Numbered from the stretch's first letter, positions 18,276 to 28,315 are shown. The stretch: 64,000 bases of DNA from an uncultured candidate division Zixibacteria bacterium (GCA_963735035.1 CAVTJJ010000003.1:864001-928000), one strand, 5' to 3'. The notes: generated from the sequence alone by a model not told the origin. Numbers and translations are program-made.

Positions 18276-19082
18276 CTATTCGAATTCGTGGCAGGCCAGA
18301 CAAAGCGCCCGGGGTGAACCAAGATCGATCAGCCGATTCTTCGTCACGCTGGTCAACTGGTGACAGGTCTGACACTCCATCCGACCACCGTACAACTGCA
18401 GGCGCGGATCCAAATCGCGACGTACCCGAACACCGCTCCGGAAATCGGCGTGACGCTCGATCTGTCCGACCGGGTGCATCCGGTGACTGCTGAACCGTGG
18501 GACGTTGGCCTGATCGATTCCCTCAACCGACAGGTTTTGTTCTTCGCCATGACAGAGGAGGCAGCTTTCCGACGAAGTCAGACCGGCCATGGCGGGATAA
18601 TTCGTATGGTACAACCCGGCCGCCTGTCGATGACCCTCGGAGAGCATGTCCATCCGGACAGTGCCGTCGTGGCAGGCCGAGCATACATCGGGTCCGGCCG
18701 AAAGACTCGGAGCAAATACATTCCCGCTCGCGCTGATCATACCCGGCTCGTGATACACATGACAATCGCCGCAGGGGCGGTTTGGATTTTGGTGGAAGGC
18801 GGCCGCAAGACCGTTCTGAGGGCCATCGGATTTGCCGTGGCACGACCGGCATCGTTGTGTCGGTGACGGCGCTACAGACGTTTCGTCCAACGAAGCCACC
18901 AGGCTATGGCAGACGGAGCAATCGATTTTCGCATGGCTGTTACTTGCAGTGGCGGGGGCTCCGATATTGTCGGTCCGGCCGAATACGCCCACTCCACAGA
19001 CGAAAACGATGACAATGCCATGACTCCAGAAGCGTGATCTTCTCATACGCCCCATATCGGCTCGGAAAGGGGCCGATGACAT
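18276..19082 (-). CDS. Heptaheme cytochrome c
   Basis: N-terminal hydrophobic segment. CSVCH, CRSCH, CGDCH, CSACH, CLLCH, CQTCH and CLACH. Confidence 0.85.
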   Translation of the reverse strand: MSSAPFRADMGRMRRSRFWSHGIVIVFVCGVGVFGRTDNIGAPATASNSHAKIDCSVCHSLVASLDETSVAPSPTQRCRSCHGKSDGPQNGLAAAFHQNPNRPCGDCHVYHEPGMISASGNVFAPSLSAGPDVCSACHDGTVRMDMLSEGHRQAAGLYHTNYPAMAGLTSSESCLLCHGEEQNLSVEGIDQANVPRFSSHRMHPVGQIERHADFRSGVRVRRDLDPRLQLYGGRMECQTCHQLTSVTKNRLIDLGSPRALCLACHEFE

Positions 19083-19335
19083 TTCCTCCCGCTATTTTGG
19101 CGCGGTTGCGCCTCAGGTTGTTTAACCGCTGAATACGCTGTTCAGACGGTGAACAGAAAATGACTCGGGAGTTGTCCTAAATTCACGCCGATGACCGCGT
19201 TACCACGATTTCCCACTCCAGCTTGCCCCGCGGATACAATCGAAATAGACCAAAAGACTCCAAGTTCGGGAACCGCTACGATATGGCCAGTGTATTAGCT
19301 ATTAGTTGTCACTTTGAAAATAAGGAACTCGCCGC

Positions 19336-19890
19336 TTGACCGCAGCCAAACCCCTTTTCACACCCGTTCGAACCGCTTCGCAGAAACACTTGTTCGAACG
19401 ACTACTGGTAGGCGTCATTATCATGCTTATCGTGATGGCGTTCACCCCATCGAACGTCCACGCCGAGGACCCGTCGGCAACAGTCGCGACTATCGACTCC
19501 GTTCTCGCGCATTCTCTCGTCCTGAAAGATAAAGTTGTGTACGTCGACTTCTGGGCGTCCTGGTGTACGCCGTGCCGCCACTCCTTTCCCAAGATGAAAG
19601 AACTCGCTGAGAAATATGCCGGCAAGGGCTTTCAGATAGTCACGGTCAATCTTGATAAGAAGCACGCCGATGCCGAGAAGTTTCTCCGTGAGACACAGAC
19701 TGCTTTTCAGGTGGTATATGACTCCACCGGCTCCGTCGCCAAACTGTTCAAAGTCGACGCCATGCCGACCTCGTTCTTATACGGTCGTGATGGCCGTCTG
19801 CAAACGCGCTTTCGGGGATTCAAGGACGACGAGTCCGAGACTCTCACTACAACAATTAGTAATCTTCTCATTAGGGAGAATTCTAAATGA
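19336..19890 (+). CDS. TlpA/ResA-family thiol-disulfide oxidoreductase
   Basis: VVYVDFWASWCTPC and AMPTSFLYGRDG motifs with an N-terminal signal or anchor. Start uncertain. Confidence 0.9.
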   Translation: MTAAKPLFTPVRTASQKHLFERLLVGVIIMLIVMAFTPSNVHAEDPSATVATIDSVLAHSLVLKDKVVYVDFWASWCTPCRHSFPKMKELAEKYAGKGFQIVTVNLDKKHADAEKFLRETQTAFQVVYDSTGSVAKLFKVDAMPTSFLYGRDGRLQTRFRGFKDDESETLTTTISNLLIRENSK

Positions 19891-20120
19891 ACCGCAAGTC
19901 TCTGGCTGGAATGTTACTGATAGCCATCCTGGCCGCCGGCGCTTTCTCGGGTTGTGCCGGAGTGGGTGTGCAGGTATGGGAGCGCGACGTTCTCGCCAAG
20001 CGTGAGATGCAGCTCGACAACGGCGCTCTGGATAAAGCCCTGGATGATCATATCTACTTCAGCAAGGAAGCATCATCCGGTGGCAGCGGCTTTGGCGGTG
20101 GAGGCTGTGGGTGCAACTGA
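19887..20120 (+). CDS. DUF4266 small lipoprotein
   Basis: Lipobox FSG-C, VWER..LA, and C-terminal SKEASSGGSGFGGGGCGCN. Confidence 0.85.
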   Translation: MNRKSLAGMLLIAILAAGAFSGCAGVGVQVWERDVLAKREMQLDNGALDKALDDHIYFSKEASSGGSGFGGGGCGCN

Positions 20121-21409
20121 ACCGAGCCAGATCAATCAGGCCCGCTCTCGCGACCATTACGGCCGCCCTTCTCGGTACTGGTGTCAGCGCCCAGACGGAG
20201 CTATCCAAGGTTGAATCGTCGCTGCTAGTCTATTCCGAAACGAGTCGCGTTAAGGCGCTGGAAAGCGTTACCGGTCTCACCTGGAAACTCAAAAACGATC
20301 GCACGGCCAGTGTCAAGTTTACCTACGACGGCCTCACCGGTGCCTCGCCCAACGGCGCGGCCCCCTCGCGTAACATCCAGACCTTTACCCGCCCTTCGGG
20401 TCAGGCAGGCTACTCTGTAGCCCCGGGGACAATTCCTCTGGACAACACGTTCCACGACACCCGTCTGTCCCTGGATGGCAGCTTATCTCTGCCGCTGACA
20501 CGTCTCGTGGTCAGTTCGTTCGGCGGGCATTATTCGACCGAACATGACTATTCCTCTTTCGGCCTCAACTCCAGTCTGACTCTGGATCTCTTCCGAAAGA
20601 ATACGACTCTGGGTGTCTCGGGGTCGCTATCTCACGATCTGGTCTCGCCTAAGAGCGGAGCCCCGACACCTATGGCGACCCTTGTGGCACCAGTGGTAGT
20701 AGTCGGTGATGGCGAGGGCGAAGGGGAAGGCGGTGCTGTTGGTCCTGCCAAAACCAAGAACGTCTTCGACGCCGTCTTCAGTCTGACTCAGATTCTGGAT
20801 CGGAAGACCCTGGCTCGCTTCAATTATTCGTATAGCCGTTCGTCCGGCTATCTCAACGACCCGTACAAGATTCTGAGCGTAGTGCAGAATCCCAGCGATT
20901 CGGCGCCCGGTGAACCGGTCGGCTACATCTATGAGGCCCGCCCCGATCTGCGCACGAAATACGCCTGGTTCGGACAGATACGACGATACATCGCTGGAAA
21001 CACAATCGATCTATCATACCGCTACTTCTGGGATAACTGGGGAATCAAGTCTCGCACGACCGAGGTATTCTATCTCCAGCAACTGGGCCGGGGATATGCC
21101 ATCAAACCGCACGTTCGCTGGTACCAGCAGACCCAGGCCGACTTCTACCGCCAGTTTCTCGCGAGCGGCAGCCCGCTCCCTAAATACGCTTCGGCTGACT
21201 ACCGGCTTGGGGCTTTCGACGCTAACACGTACGGACTGCAGTTCATCATGCCGGTCGGCGAGCGAACCCATTTCAACATCGCCGCCGAGTACTACCGACA
21301 GATCGGCAAACGGGGACCGCCAAACGAATTGGGTGTACTGCGCGAATTCAAGCTGTTCCCGGACATGAGCTCGGTCATGGTCAGAACGGGGATCACGGTT
21401 GATTTCTAA
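20111..21409 (+). CDS. DUF3570 outer-membrane barrel protein, putative flavinylation target
   Basis: Overlapping start MQLN. YSE..RV, DGLTGASPNG ([S/T]GA[S/T]), GYLNDPY, YRYFWDNWGI and SADYRL motifs; C-terminal Phe. Confidence 0.85.
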   Translation: MQLNRARSIRPALATITAALLGTGVSAQTELSKVESSLLVYSETSRVKALESVTGLTWKLKNDRTASVKFTYDGLTGASPNGAAPSRNIQTFTRPSGQAGYSVAPGTIPLDNTFHDTRLSLDGSLSLPLTRLVVSSFGGHYSTEHDYSSFGLNSSLTLDLFRKNTTLGVSGSLSHDLVSPKSGAPTPMATLVAPVVVVGDGEGEGEGGAVGPAKTKNVFDAVFSLTQILDRKTLARFNYSYSRSSGYLNDPYKILSVVQNPSDSAPGEPVGYIYEARPDLRTKYAWFGQIRRYIAGNTIDLSYRYFWDNWGIKSRTTEVFYLQQLGRGYAIKPHVRWYQQTQADFYRQFLASGSPLPKYASADYRLGAFDANTYGLQFIMPVGERTHFNIAAEYYRQIGKRGPPNELGVLREFKLFPDMSSVMVRTGITVDF

Positions 21410-22301
21410 AACGGCGACAGAATTCGCGTTGACGCGCACGGACGACGGCTGGCTCGTGAGCTACTCCGCCATGGCCAGTCCCTGTGAGATACATTTGAAT
21501 TCAATATCAAAGAGCGAGGCCGAGGAATCGGCCTCGCTTGCCTTTTCCGAGACCCGGCGAATCGAACAGAAATACAGCCGGTATCGCACCGACAACATCA
21601 TCCACGCCATAAATCATTCGAATGGAAGTCCGGTTGAGGTCGACAATGAAACCGCACGTATATTCAACTACTCCGATCAGTGCTACCAGCTCAGCGAGCA
21701 TATGTTCGATATTACATCGGGCGTGCTTCGCAAAGCGTGGAAATTCGACGGGCGAGAGGTCAACGTCGACGAGACGCTGATTTCGTCGCTGCTCGATCTG
21801 GTCGGTTGGGACAAAGTAGTCTGGAGCGATGACAAGATTACGCTTCGGCCGGGGATGGAACTCGATCTGGGAGGCGTGGGCAAAGAGTACGCGGTCGATC
21901 GGGTAGCTGAGATGCTTTTCAGGGCCTGCAACTCACCTGTCATGGTGAATTTCGGCGGCGATATTAGAACCGTCTGCCCGACTGATCGGCCACATATCTG
22001 GACGATTGGAATAGAGAAGCCGGAGACTGAGAGCACGGCGGTTGGACAGATCGAACTAACCAGTGGTGGGGTCGCCACCAGTGGCGACGCACGTCGTTTC
22101 TGCCTCCATAGGGGCAAGAGACTTGGACATATACTTAACCCGCTCACCGGCTGGCCCGTGATAGGCGCGCCACGAAGTGTCACGGTCATATCGGATCTCT
22201 GCACCGAAGCCGGATTGTTTTCGACCCTGGCCATGCTTCAAGGCGAATCCGCCGAAGAATTCCTCGACGCTCAGCAGGTGAAATTTCACTGCATACGCTG
22301 A
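21399..22301 (+). CDS. apbE: FAD:protein FMN transferase ApbE
   Basis: FDITSG, DLGGVGKEYAVD, VNFGGD, ATSGD and HILNPLTGWP motifs. Confidence 0.92.
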   Translation: MISKTATEFALTRTDDGWLVSYSAMASPCEIHLNSISKSEAEESASLAFSETRRIEQKYSRYRTDNIIHAINHSNGSPVEVDNETARIFNYSDQCYQLSEHMFDITSGVLRKAWKFDGREVNVDETLISSLLDLVGWDKVVWSDDKITLRPGMELDLGGVGKEYAVDRVAEMLFRACNSPVMVNFGGDIRTVCPTDRPHIWTIGIEKPETESTAVGQIELTSGGVATSGDARRFCLHRGKRLGHILNPLTGWPVIGAPRSVTVISDLCTEAGLFSTLAMLQGESAEEFLDAQQVKFHCIR

Positions 22302-22311
22302 CTTGATGCCA

Positions 22312-22734
22312 CTATTCGCGTGAATCCGGGGTGAGGATGTATCCTTCGCTGCGGACTGATTTGATTAGCTGGCGCGACTCCCCACTGTCGCCGAGTTTTC
22401 GCCTCAGGCGGGATACCCTCAGGTCGATAGTCCGGTCAAGCCCGTCGTACTCCATACCGAGGACCTGCCGAAACAATTCGTCGCGCGAGACCACCTTCCC
22501 GGGGTGAGCCGCCAGATAATCCAGCACCTCAAACTCGGCCGAAGTCAGGGAAATATCACGATTGTCGACCGAAGCGATACGGGACATGCGATTGAGACTG
22601 AGCCGTCCTACCCCCAGGGGCTCGATACTTACGTGGGCTGACTCGGAGCTTTCGTTCATTATCATAATATGACCGTCCAGCAGAAGTCGGTTCGGGCGAT
22701 GGTTCTGGTCCGACGCCGGACCGATACAAATCAT
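22312..22734 (-). CDS. Stand-alone OmpR/PhoB-type winged-helix DNA-binding domain (RstA-like C-terminus, no receiver domain)
   Basis: LTSAEFEVL..LA, YDGLDRTIDLRVSRLRRKLGD and IKSVRSEGY motifs. The true start is probably later (~22660). Confidence 0.75.
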   Translation of the reverse strand: MICIGPASDQNHRPNRLLLDGHIMIMNESSESAHVSIEPLGVGRLSLNRMSRIASVDNRDISLTSAEFEVLDYLAAHPGKVVSRDELFRQVLGMEYDGLDRTIDLRVSRLRRKLGDSGESRQLIKSVRSEGYILTPDSRE

Positions 22735-23013
22735 CGCGATACAATCCTGACAGCTCAGGTCCTGAAAAGGATTAATGCTCTCAGAAGGAATAATTGGAGC
22801 GGTACTTTCGAATCAATGAAGTCAGGTGACGGAGCAGATCGTTCGGCTGGTTAAGAATCAATGGCACAATATGTTACGGCGGCCTGCAAGTGCTCTGGAA
22901 AACTGGCCGTTCGACTTTGTCTACAGACCCAAAAAAAACGAAAAAAACTTCAGTTCGATCTTGACACTGCCGACGTATAATAGCATATTGACATGCGATT
23001 AGGAATTTAACTT

Positions 23014-23433
23014 ATGATTTCCAGAACCGGAACCCACGCCACTCTTGCACTCGCCTTCCTGGCCCGACTTAAGCCGGGCGAGTATGCCGGCGCCTCCCAG
23101 ATTGCAACCCAGGTCGGTGCGCCCCGCAACTACCTGGGTAAGCTCTTGAAGATTCTCGCGGCCGAGGGTCTAGTCGAGTCTCAAAAAGGCTTTGGAGGCG
23201 GCTTTCGACTGGCGCGAGCCGGCGGCAAAATCACACTTTACGACATCCTCGAGCCGGTAGAGAAAGTCAGCAAATGGAACGGCTGCTTCATGGGGCACGC
23301 CCGCTGCAACGAAAAAGATCCCTGTGCCGTCCATGACCGCTGGAGCAAAGTTCGCAGCGACTACCTGAATTTTTTGAAAGCGACCACGATCAACGACGTC
23401 GCCGACGGAAACGTCCCGCTGTCGGAGAACTAA
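23014..23433 (+). CDS. Rrf2-family transcriptional regulator with three Cys (Fe-S)
   Basis: YLGKLL..L...GLVESQKGFGGGFRLAR and C-x6-C-x5-C-x2-H (CFMGHARCNEKDPCAVH). Confidence 0.9.
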   Translation: MISRTGTHATLALAFLARLKPGEYAGASQIATQVGAPRNYLGKLLKILAAEGLVESQKGFGGGFRLARAGGKITLYDILEPVEKVSKWNGCFMGHARCNEKDPCAVHDRWSKVRSDYLNFLKATTINDVADGNVPLSEN

Positions 23434-23500
23434 AATGCTTGGGCGTGTATATAATCGTATAATAACATGTGATTCTACTGTAAATGCAAAGGAGTATATT

Positions 23501-24097
23501 ATGAACCCCACCGAAATTCTCTCAAGCGAGCACCGGATCATCGAAATCGTGCTCTCCTGCCTCGAACGCATCACCGAAGAGGCCCTTTCCAAAGGTCGCC
23601 TCGAACGTGAGTCCGCCGAACAGGCCCTAGATTTTATTCGCAACTTCGCGGACGGATGCCATCATTACAAAGAAGAGAAACTGCTGTTTGTCGCCCTGAC
23701 CGAAAAGGGCATGCCTCAACACGGCGGTCCCGTCGGCCAGATGCTGCACGAACACGAGGAAGGTCGGCAGTTTGTGGCAGGTATGGCCAGAAACATCGAA
23801 GCCGCTTCCACCGGTGACTCAATCTCGGTACGCGAGTTCGCCCAGAACGCCGGCGGATACATTCAGCTATTGCGAGCCCACATCCTCAAAGAGGATGGAA
23901 TCCTCTTCCGTATGGCTGAACGTATCTTCGACGACGACGACTGCGCCAGACTGCTCCAGTCATTCAGTGAGACTGAAATCCACCACATGGGTGAAGGTAC
24001 CCACGCCCGATATATGGGCCTGGCCGCGAACCTGGCGAAGAAATACGGCGTGCCTCATGAGCTGTTGCACAGCGCATCGTGCGGATGTGGCCATTAG
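23501..24097 (+). CDS. Hemerythrin (HHE) domain protein
   Basis: AAGGAG RBS. EHRII, HHYKEE..LF, EHEEGR and HILKED..LF motifs; C-terminal CGCGH. Confidence 0.9.
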   Translation: MNPTEILSSEHRIIEIVLSCLERITEEALSKGRLERESAEQALDFIRNFADGCHHYKEEKLLFVALTEKGMPQHGGPVGQMLHEHEEGRQFVAGMARNIEAASTGDSISVREFAQNAGGYIQLLRAHILKEDGILFRMAERIFDDDDCARLLQSFSETEIHHMGEGTHARYMGLAANLAKKYGVPHELLHSASCGCGH

Positions 24098-24166
24098 GGA
24101 AGGACCAGACTCCATGAACGTTGACCGGTGCAAGTACGATTGAGTTAGATAGGAGGACGTAGGGAT

Positions 24167-26437
24167 ATGAAACGTTTATGGACCGCGTTCATACTGGTCG
24201 TGCTGGTTTCATTCGGGGTGCTAGGATGGGCCGGCATGAGAATCTATCAGGAAAAACCGCCGCTTCCGGAGAGCATCGCCACTCCGGACGGCACAAAGAT
24301 TATACCGGATGGGTACGTAGTCACCGGGCAGAGTGTCTGGCAGGCCATGGGTGGCATGGAACTCGGATCAATCTGGGGACACGGGAGCTATGTCGCCCCG
24401 GACTGGACCGCCGACTGGCTGCACCGTGAGTGTGTGTTCATCCTCAACGATTGGGCCAACGCCGACTTCACCGCGAACTATGACAACCTTAGCGGCGAGC
24501 AGCAGGCTGCTCTGCGCGAACGACTCAAAGAACTCATGCGCAAGAACACCTACGATCCGGCTACCGGGTGGATCACTCTCGAACCGATCCGCGCGCGAGC
24601 TTTCGCCGCCAACGTACAATATTATCAGCAACTGTTCACGCAGGGCAAACCGGAATACGCCATACCTGTCAATACGCTTACGGATACGGAGAAGATCACG
24701 CAACTGGCGTCGTTCTTCTTCTGGACCTCATGGGCCGCTTCGACCAATCGTCCCGGCCAGAGCATGTCATACACCAGCAACTGGCCGCATGAGCCGTTGA
24801 TCGACAATAATCCTACCGCCGATTCAATCATTTGGACGGGGTTCAGCATCATCATGCTGCTGGCGGGAATCGGCCTGATGGTCTGGTACCATGCTCGCGC
24901 AGAAGCGCGAGCTCGTGGCCGAGCAGATTCCGCAAACCGATCCGCTCTTCGATTTCAAACCGACGCCGTCGCAGAAGGCGATCGTCAAATACTTCTGGAC
25001 CGTGGCCGGTCTGTTTCTCCTCCAGATGCTTATGGGGGTGATATCTGCACATTACGGTGTAGAGGGAAACGGCTTCTACGGCATACCGATCGACAAATGG
25101 ATTCCGTATCACGGTCGTGCGCACCTGGCACACCCAGCTCGGCATCTTCTGGATCGCTACCGCCTGGCTTGCGGCGGGGCTGTTTATCGGGCCAGCCGTC
25201 AGTGGCGTCGAACTCAAGGGCCAGAGACTGGGTGTGAACGTCTTATTTGTCGCCCTCGTAACGGTCGTACTGGGATCGTTTGCCGGGGAATGGCTGAGCG
25301 TAAAAGGGTACCTCAGTGGCGACAGCTGGTTCTGGTTCGGACACCAGGGTCTCGAGTACGTCGATCTGGGCCGCGTCTGGCAGGTCAGCGCTTGTGGTAG
25401 GCCTCTTCCTGTGGTTGTATCTGGTTGGACGAAATGTCCTGATCGCCATCCGCAAGGGCGGGGAGCAGAAACCGCTCTTGACCATGTTTCTCATCTCGGC
25501 CGTGGCCATCGCCGGTTTCTACGCGGCCGGTCTAATGTGGGGCAAACACACGCATCTGTCCATCGTCGAGTACTGGCGCTGGTGGGTGGTGCATCTCTGG
25601 GTAGAAGGATTCTTCGAAGTCTTCGCCACTGCCGTGATCGCTTTTCTGTTTGCCAAACTGGGCCTGGTGCGCCTCAAGACCGCCAACTCGGCCGTCATCT
25701 TCTCTACCACGATCTTTCTCACCGGCGGCATCATCGGCACGCTTCACCATTTGTATTTCGCGGGCACACCGATCGCAGTCATGGCTCTCGGGGCGGTGTT
25801 CAGTGCTCTCGAAGTAGTCCCCCTTACTATCATTGGTTTCGAGGCCTGGGACAATATCCGGCTGTCACGCTCGGTGGAATGGGTCAAAAAATACCGCTGG
25901 CCGATCTATTTTTTTGTCGCGGTGGCCTTCTGGAACATGGTCGGCGCCGGACTGTTCGGCTTTATGATCAATCCCCCGATCGCCCTCTACTACATGCAGG
26001 GTCTCAACACCACCCCGGTTCACGGACATACTGCTTTGTTCGGCGTCTACGGCATGCTCGGCATCGGTCTGATGCTCTTTTGCCTGCGGGTACTCTATGT
26101 GAAACGTGACTGGAAGGACGGCATCATCAAGTTCTCCTTCTGGACCATCAATGTCGGACTTGCGCTGATGGTCTTGCTGAGCCTGCTTCCGGTCGGTTTC
26201 ATGCAAACGTGGGCTTCGGTCGAACACGGCTATTGGTTCGCCCGGTCGAGCGAGTTCCTCTATTCTCCCACGGTGACAGTGTTCAAATGGCTGCGCGCTC
26301 CCGGTGACATAATATTCGCCACCGGCATTTTGATCTTCGTGTTGTTCATCTTCGGCCTGGCGAGCGGCCATTCACTCTTGAAAGAACGCCCGATCACCCG
26401 TCAGCCAAGCGAGAAGAAACCCGAGAGAGTAGCGTAG
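24167..26437 (+). CDS. norB: Quinol-dependent nitric oxide reductase (qNOR), split by three +1 frameshifts (probable sequencing errors)
   Basis: GSIWGHGSYVAPDWTADWLH, SYTSNWP, AHYGVEG, RTWHTQL, EYVDLGR, WWVVHLWVEGFFEVF, GTLHHLY and HGHTA across four ORF pieces. Shifts near 24895, 25110 and 25390. Confidence 0.88.
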
Positions 26438-26463
26438 AGTACATACCCCGGCGGACGTTTACC

Positions 26464-26496
26464 TAGCCCGGCCGATGTTGGCATCGGCCGGGCTAC
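26464..26496 (-). repeat. GTAG-type REP hairpin related to the RAYT REPs (may also terminate norB)
   Basis: The minus strand reads GTAGCCCGGCCGATG-CCAA-CATCGGCCGGGCTA, a perfect 14-bp stem. Confidence 0.6.
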
Positions 26497-26665
26497 TATG
26501 TGCGTGGTGGACGTCCTCGTTCGACTAGAGGTAAGAGACTTGCCACAACTTGCCGATCTGTCTAGTTGACGTGTAACTCTGACTGGGATCGTCCAACCAA
26601 GTTTCACCGGACGCGGCTTTGGAGCCGTCAACTGACGACAATATGAGATACAGGATGGTTGCATC

Positions 26666-27430
26666 ATGCTTGTTATCGTAAAGGAAGACTACGATTCCAT
26701 GGGCCGTGAGGCGGCCCGAATTGTCGCCGACCGTCTGCACGCCAAACCAAATCTGGTTCTCGGCCTCGCCACCGGCAGCAGTCCGCTTGGGCTCTACACT
26801 GAATTAATTCGCATGCACCGCCAGGAGGGACTCGATTTCTCCAAGGTCACTACCTTCAATCTCGATGAATATGTCGGGCTTCCTCCCGAGCACGATCAGA
26901 GCTACCACTACTTCATGCGCGAACATCTGTTCAACCATATTAATGTCGATCCCCGTTACGTACATATTCCTTTGGGAACCGCCAAAGATATCAACGCCTT
27001 CTGTCAATGGTACGAACAACGGATAACCGAGGCGGGTGGCATCGATCTGCAGGTGCTCGGTATCGGCGCCAACGGACATATCGCGTTCAACGAGCCCGGC
27101 TCCTCTCTTGGATCGCGCACTAGAATCAAAACTTTGACTGGAACGACCCGACTAGACAACGGCCGCTTCTTCAAGAACGCCGATGAGGTCCCCAAGTACG
27201 CCATTACCATGGGCGTTGGAACAATCATGGAAGCTCGAGAAATCGTTCTCTTGGCCTCCGGTTCCGCCAAAGCTGACGCCATAAAGGCCGCGGTCGAAGG
27301 GCCGATTACGGCCACCTGTCCGGCCTCGATAATTCAGATGCATCCCAAAGCGTATGTAGTGATAGACAAAGACGCGGCCGTAAAGTTATCCTGTCTGTAC
27401 AACGACACCTGGGACTCCGAGACGCTTTAG
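26666..27430 (+). CDS. nagB: Glucosamine-6-phosphate deaminase
   Basis: VLGLATGSSP, TFNLDEYVGL, GGIDLQVLGIGANGHIAFNEPG and AITMGVGTI motifs. Confidence 0.95.
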   Translation: MLVIVKEDYDSMGREAARIVADRLHAKPNLVLGLATGSSPLGLYTELIRMHRQEGLDFSKVTTFNLDEYVGLPPEHDQSYHYFMREHLFNHINVDPRYVHIPLGTAKDINAFCQWYEQRITEAGGIDLQVLGIGANGHIAFNEPGSSLGSRTRIKTLTGTTRLDNGRFFKNADEVPKYAITMGVGTIMEAREIVLLASGSAKADAIKAAVEGPITATCPASIIQMHPKAYVVIDKDAAVKLSCLYNDTWDSETL

Positions 27431-27703
27431 TTGGCTGTCATCCAATAAGTTAGGCTTTGCAGGGAGCCAGATTCTGAGCCGGCTACTGCCGACGATGTTC
27501 CAGACCTGGTTGAAACCAACGTTTGGCGGACTCTGTTCGCAAATATCTATGCCAATCAATTGAATAACAAGATGTTATAAGATTAGTCGCAGATTCTTGA
27601 AACTTACAGTGATTAAATGCCGTTTAATTACTTGACAGCGTTCAGCTACTTGCCGATATTGGCGGGTGTAGACTGAACCAACGAATAGAAAGTGATGAGA
27701 GTC

Positions 27704-28315
27704 ATGGGTACTGCTGAAAGACGAGAGCGCGAACGAGGCGAGATGCGCGACGCTATAGTCGACGCAGCAGTCGAGCTGTTTCTGGCCGAAGGATATGAAA
27801 ATACCTCGATCCGTCGGATCGCCGAGAAGATCGAGTACACTCCGGGCGCCATCTACTCTTATTTCAAAGACAAAGATGAGATCCTCTTCGAGATTCACAA
27901 GAAGGGGTTCGACAAGCTCTTCGAATATCTTCTGCCGGCTCTCGAAGGTGCCGATCCGCTCGATCGGCTCTATAGAACCGGACGTCTATATATCAAGTTC
28001 GCCCTGGAGAATCCCAAGTACTACGACGTGATGTTCATCGATAATAGTGCGGCCAGAACTATCCAGGAAGAATGCAATTGGGAATGCGGCCACCGAGCGT
28101 ACGATGTACTCCGGAAGATTATTGCAGAGTGCATCGAAGGCCGACTTCTCCCTCAGGGAGACATCGATCTCGCCGCCTATTCATTCTGGTCACTGACTCA
28201 CGGTATGGTATCGCTGGTACTTCGCGGCCGGAGTATGGTGCGAGCAGAGGAACAGGACGCCATGCTCAATGGCGCCTTCGAATACATGTGGTCAGCAATC
28301 GTTGGTAAGAGATAG
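27704..28315 (+). CDS. TetR/AcrR-family regulator (WHG-type C-terminus)
   Basis: GYENTSIRRIAEKIEYTPGAIYSYFKDK helix-turn-helix and WSLTHG. Alternative starts at 27692 or 27695. Confidence 0.92.
   Translation: MGTAERRERERGEMRDAIVDAAVELFLAEGYENTSIRRIAEKIEYTPGAIYSYFKDKDEILFEIHKKGFDKLFEYLLPALEGADPLDRLYRTGRLYIKFALENPKYYDVMFIDNSAARTIQEECNWECGHRAYDVLRKIIAECIEGRLLPQGDIDLAAYSFWSLTHGMVSLVLRGRSMVRAEEQDAMLNGAFEYMWSAIVGKR

Noticed and set aside
1964..19082. NrfA/ONR-type catalytic cytochromes
   Set aside because: None of the cytochromes has a CXXCK motif; the patterns fit bis-His electron-transfer proteins.
22862..22877. Sigma54 promoter upstream of rrf2 (TGGCAC)
   Set aside because: The -12 element is missing (GTTA instead of TTGC). 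A sigma70-like TTGACA-N17-CATATT lies closer to the gene.
24167..26437. NO dismutase (Nod) instead of qNOR
   Set aside because: The canonical HLWVEG, GTLHH and HGH ligands and the quinol-site HTQL and RAPGD residues are retained.
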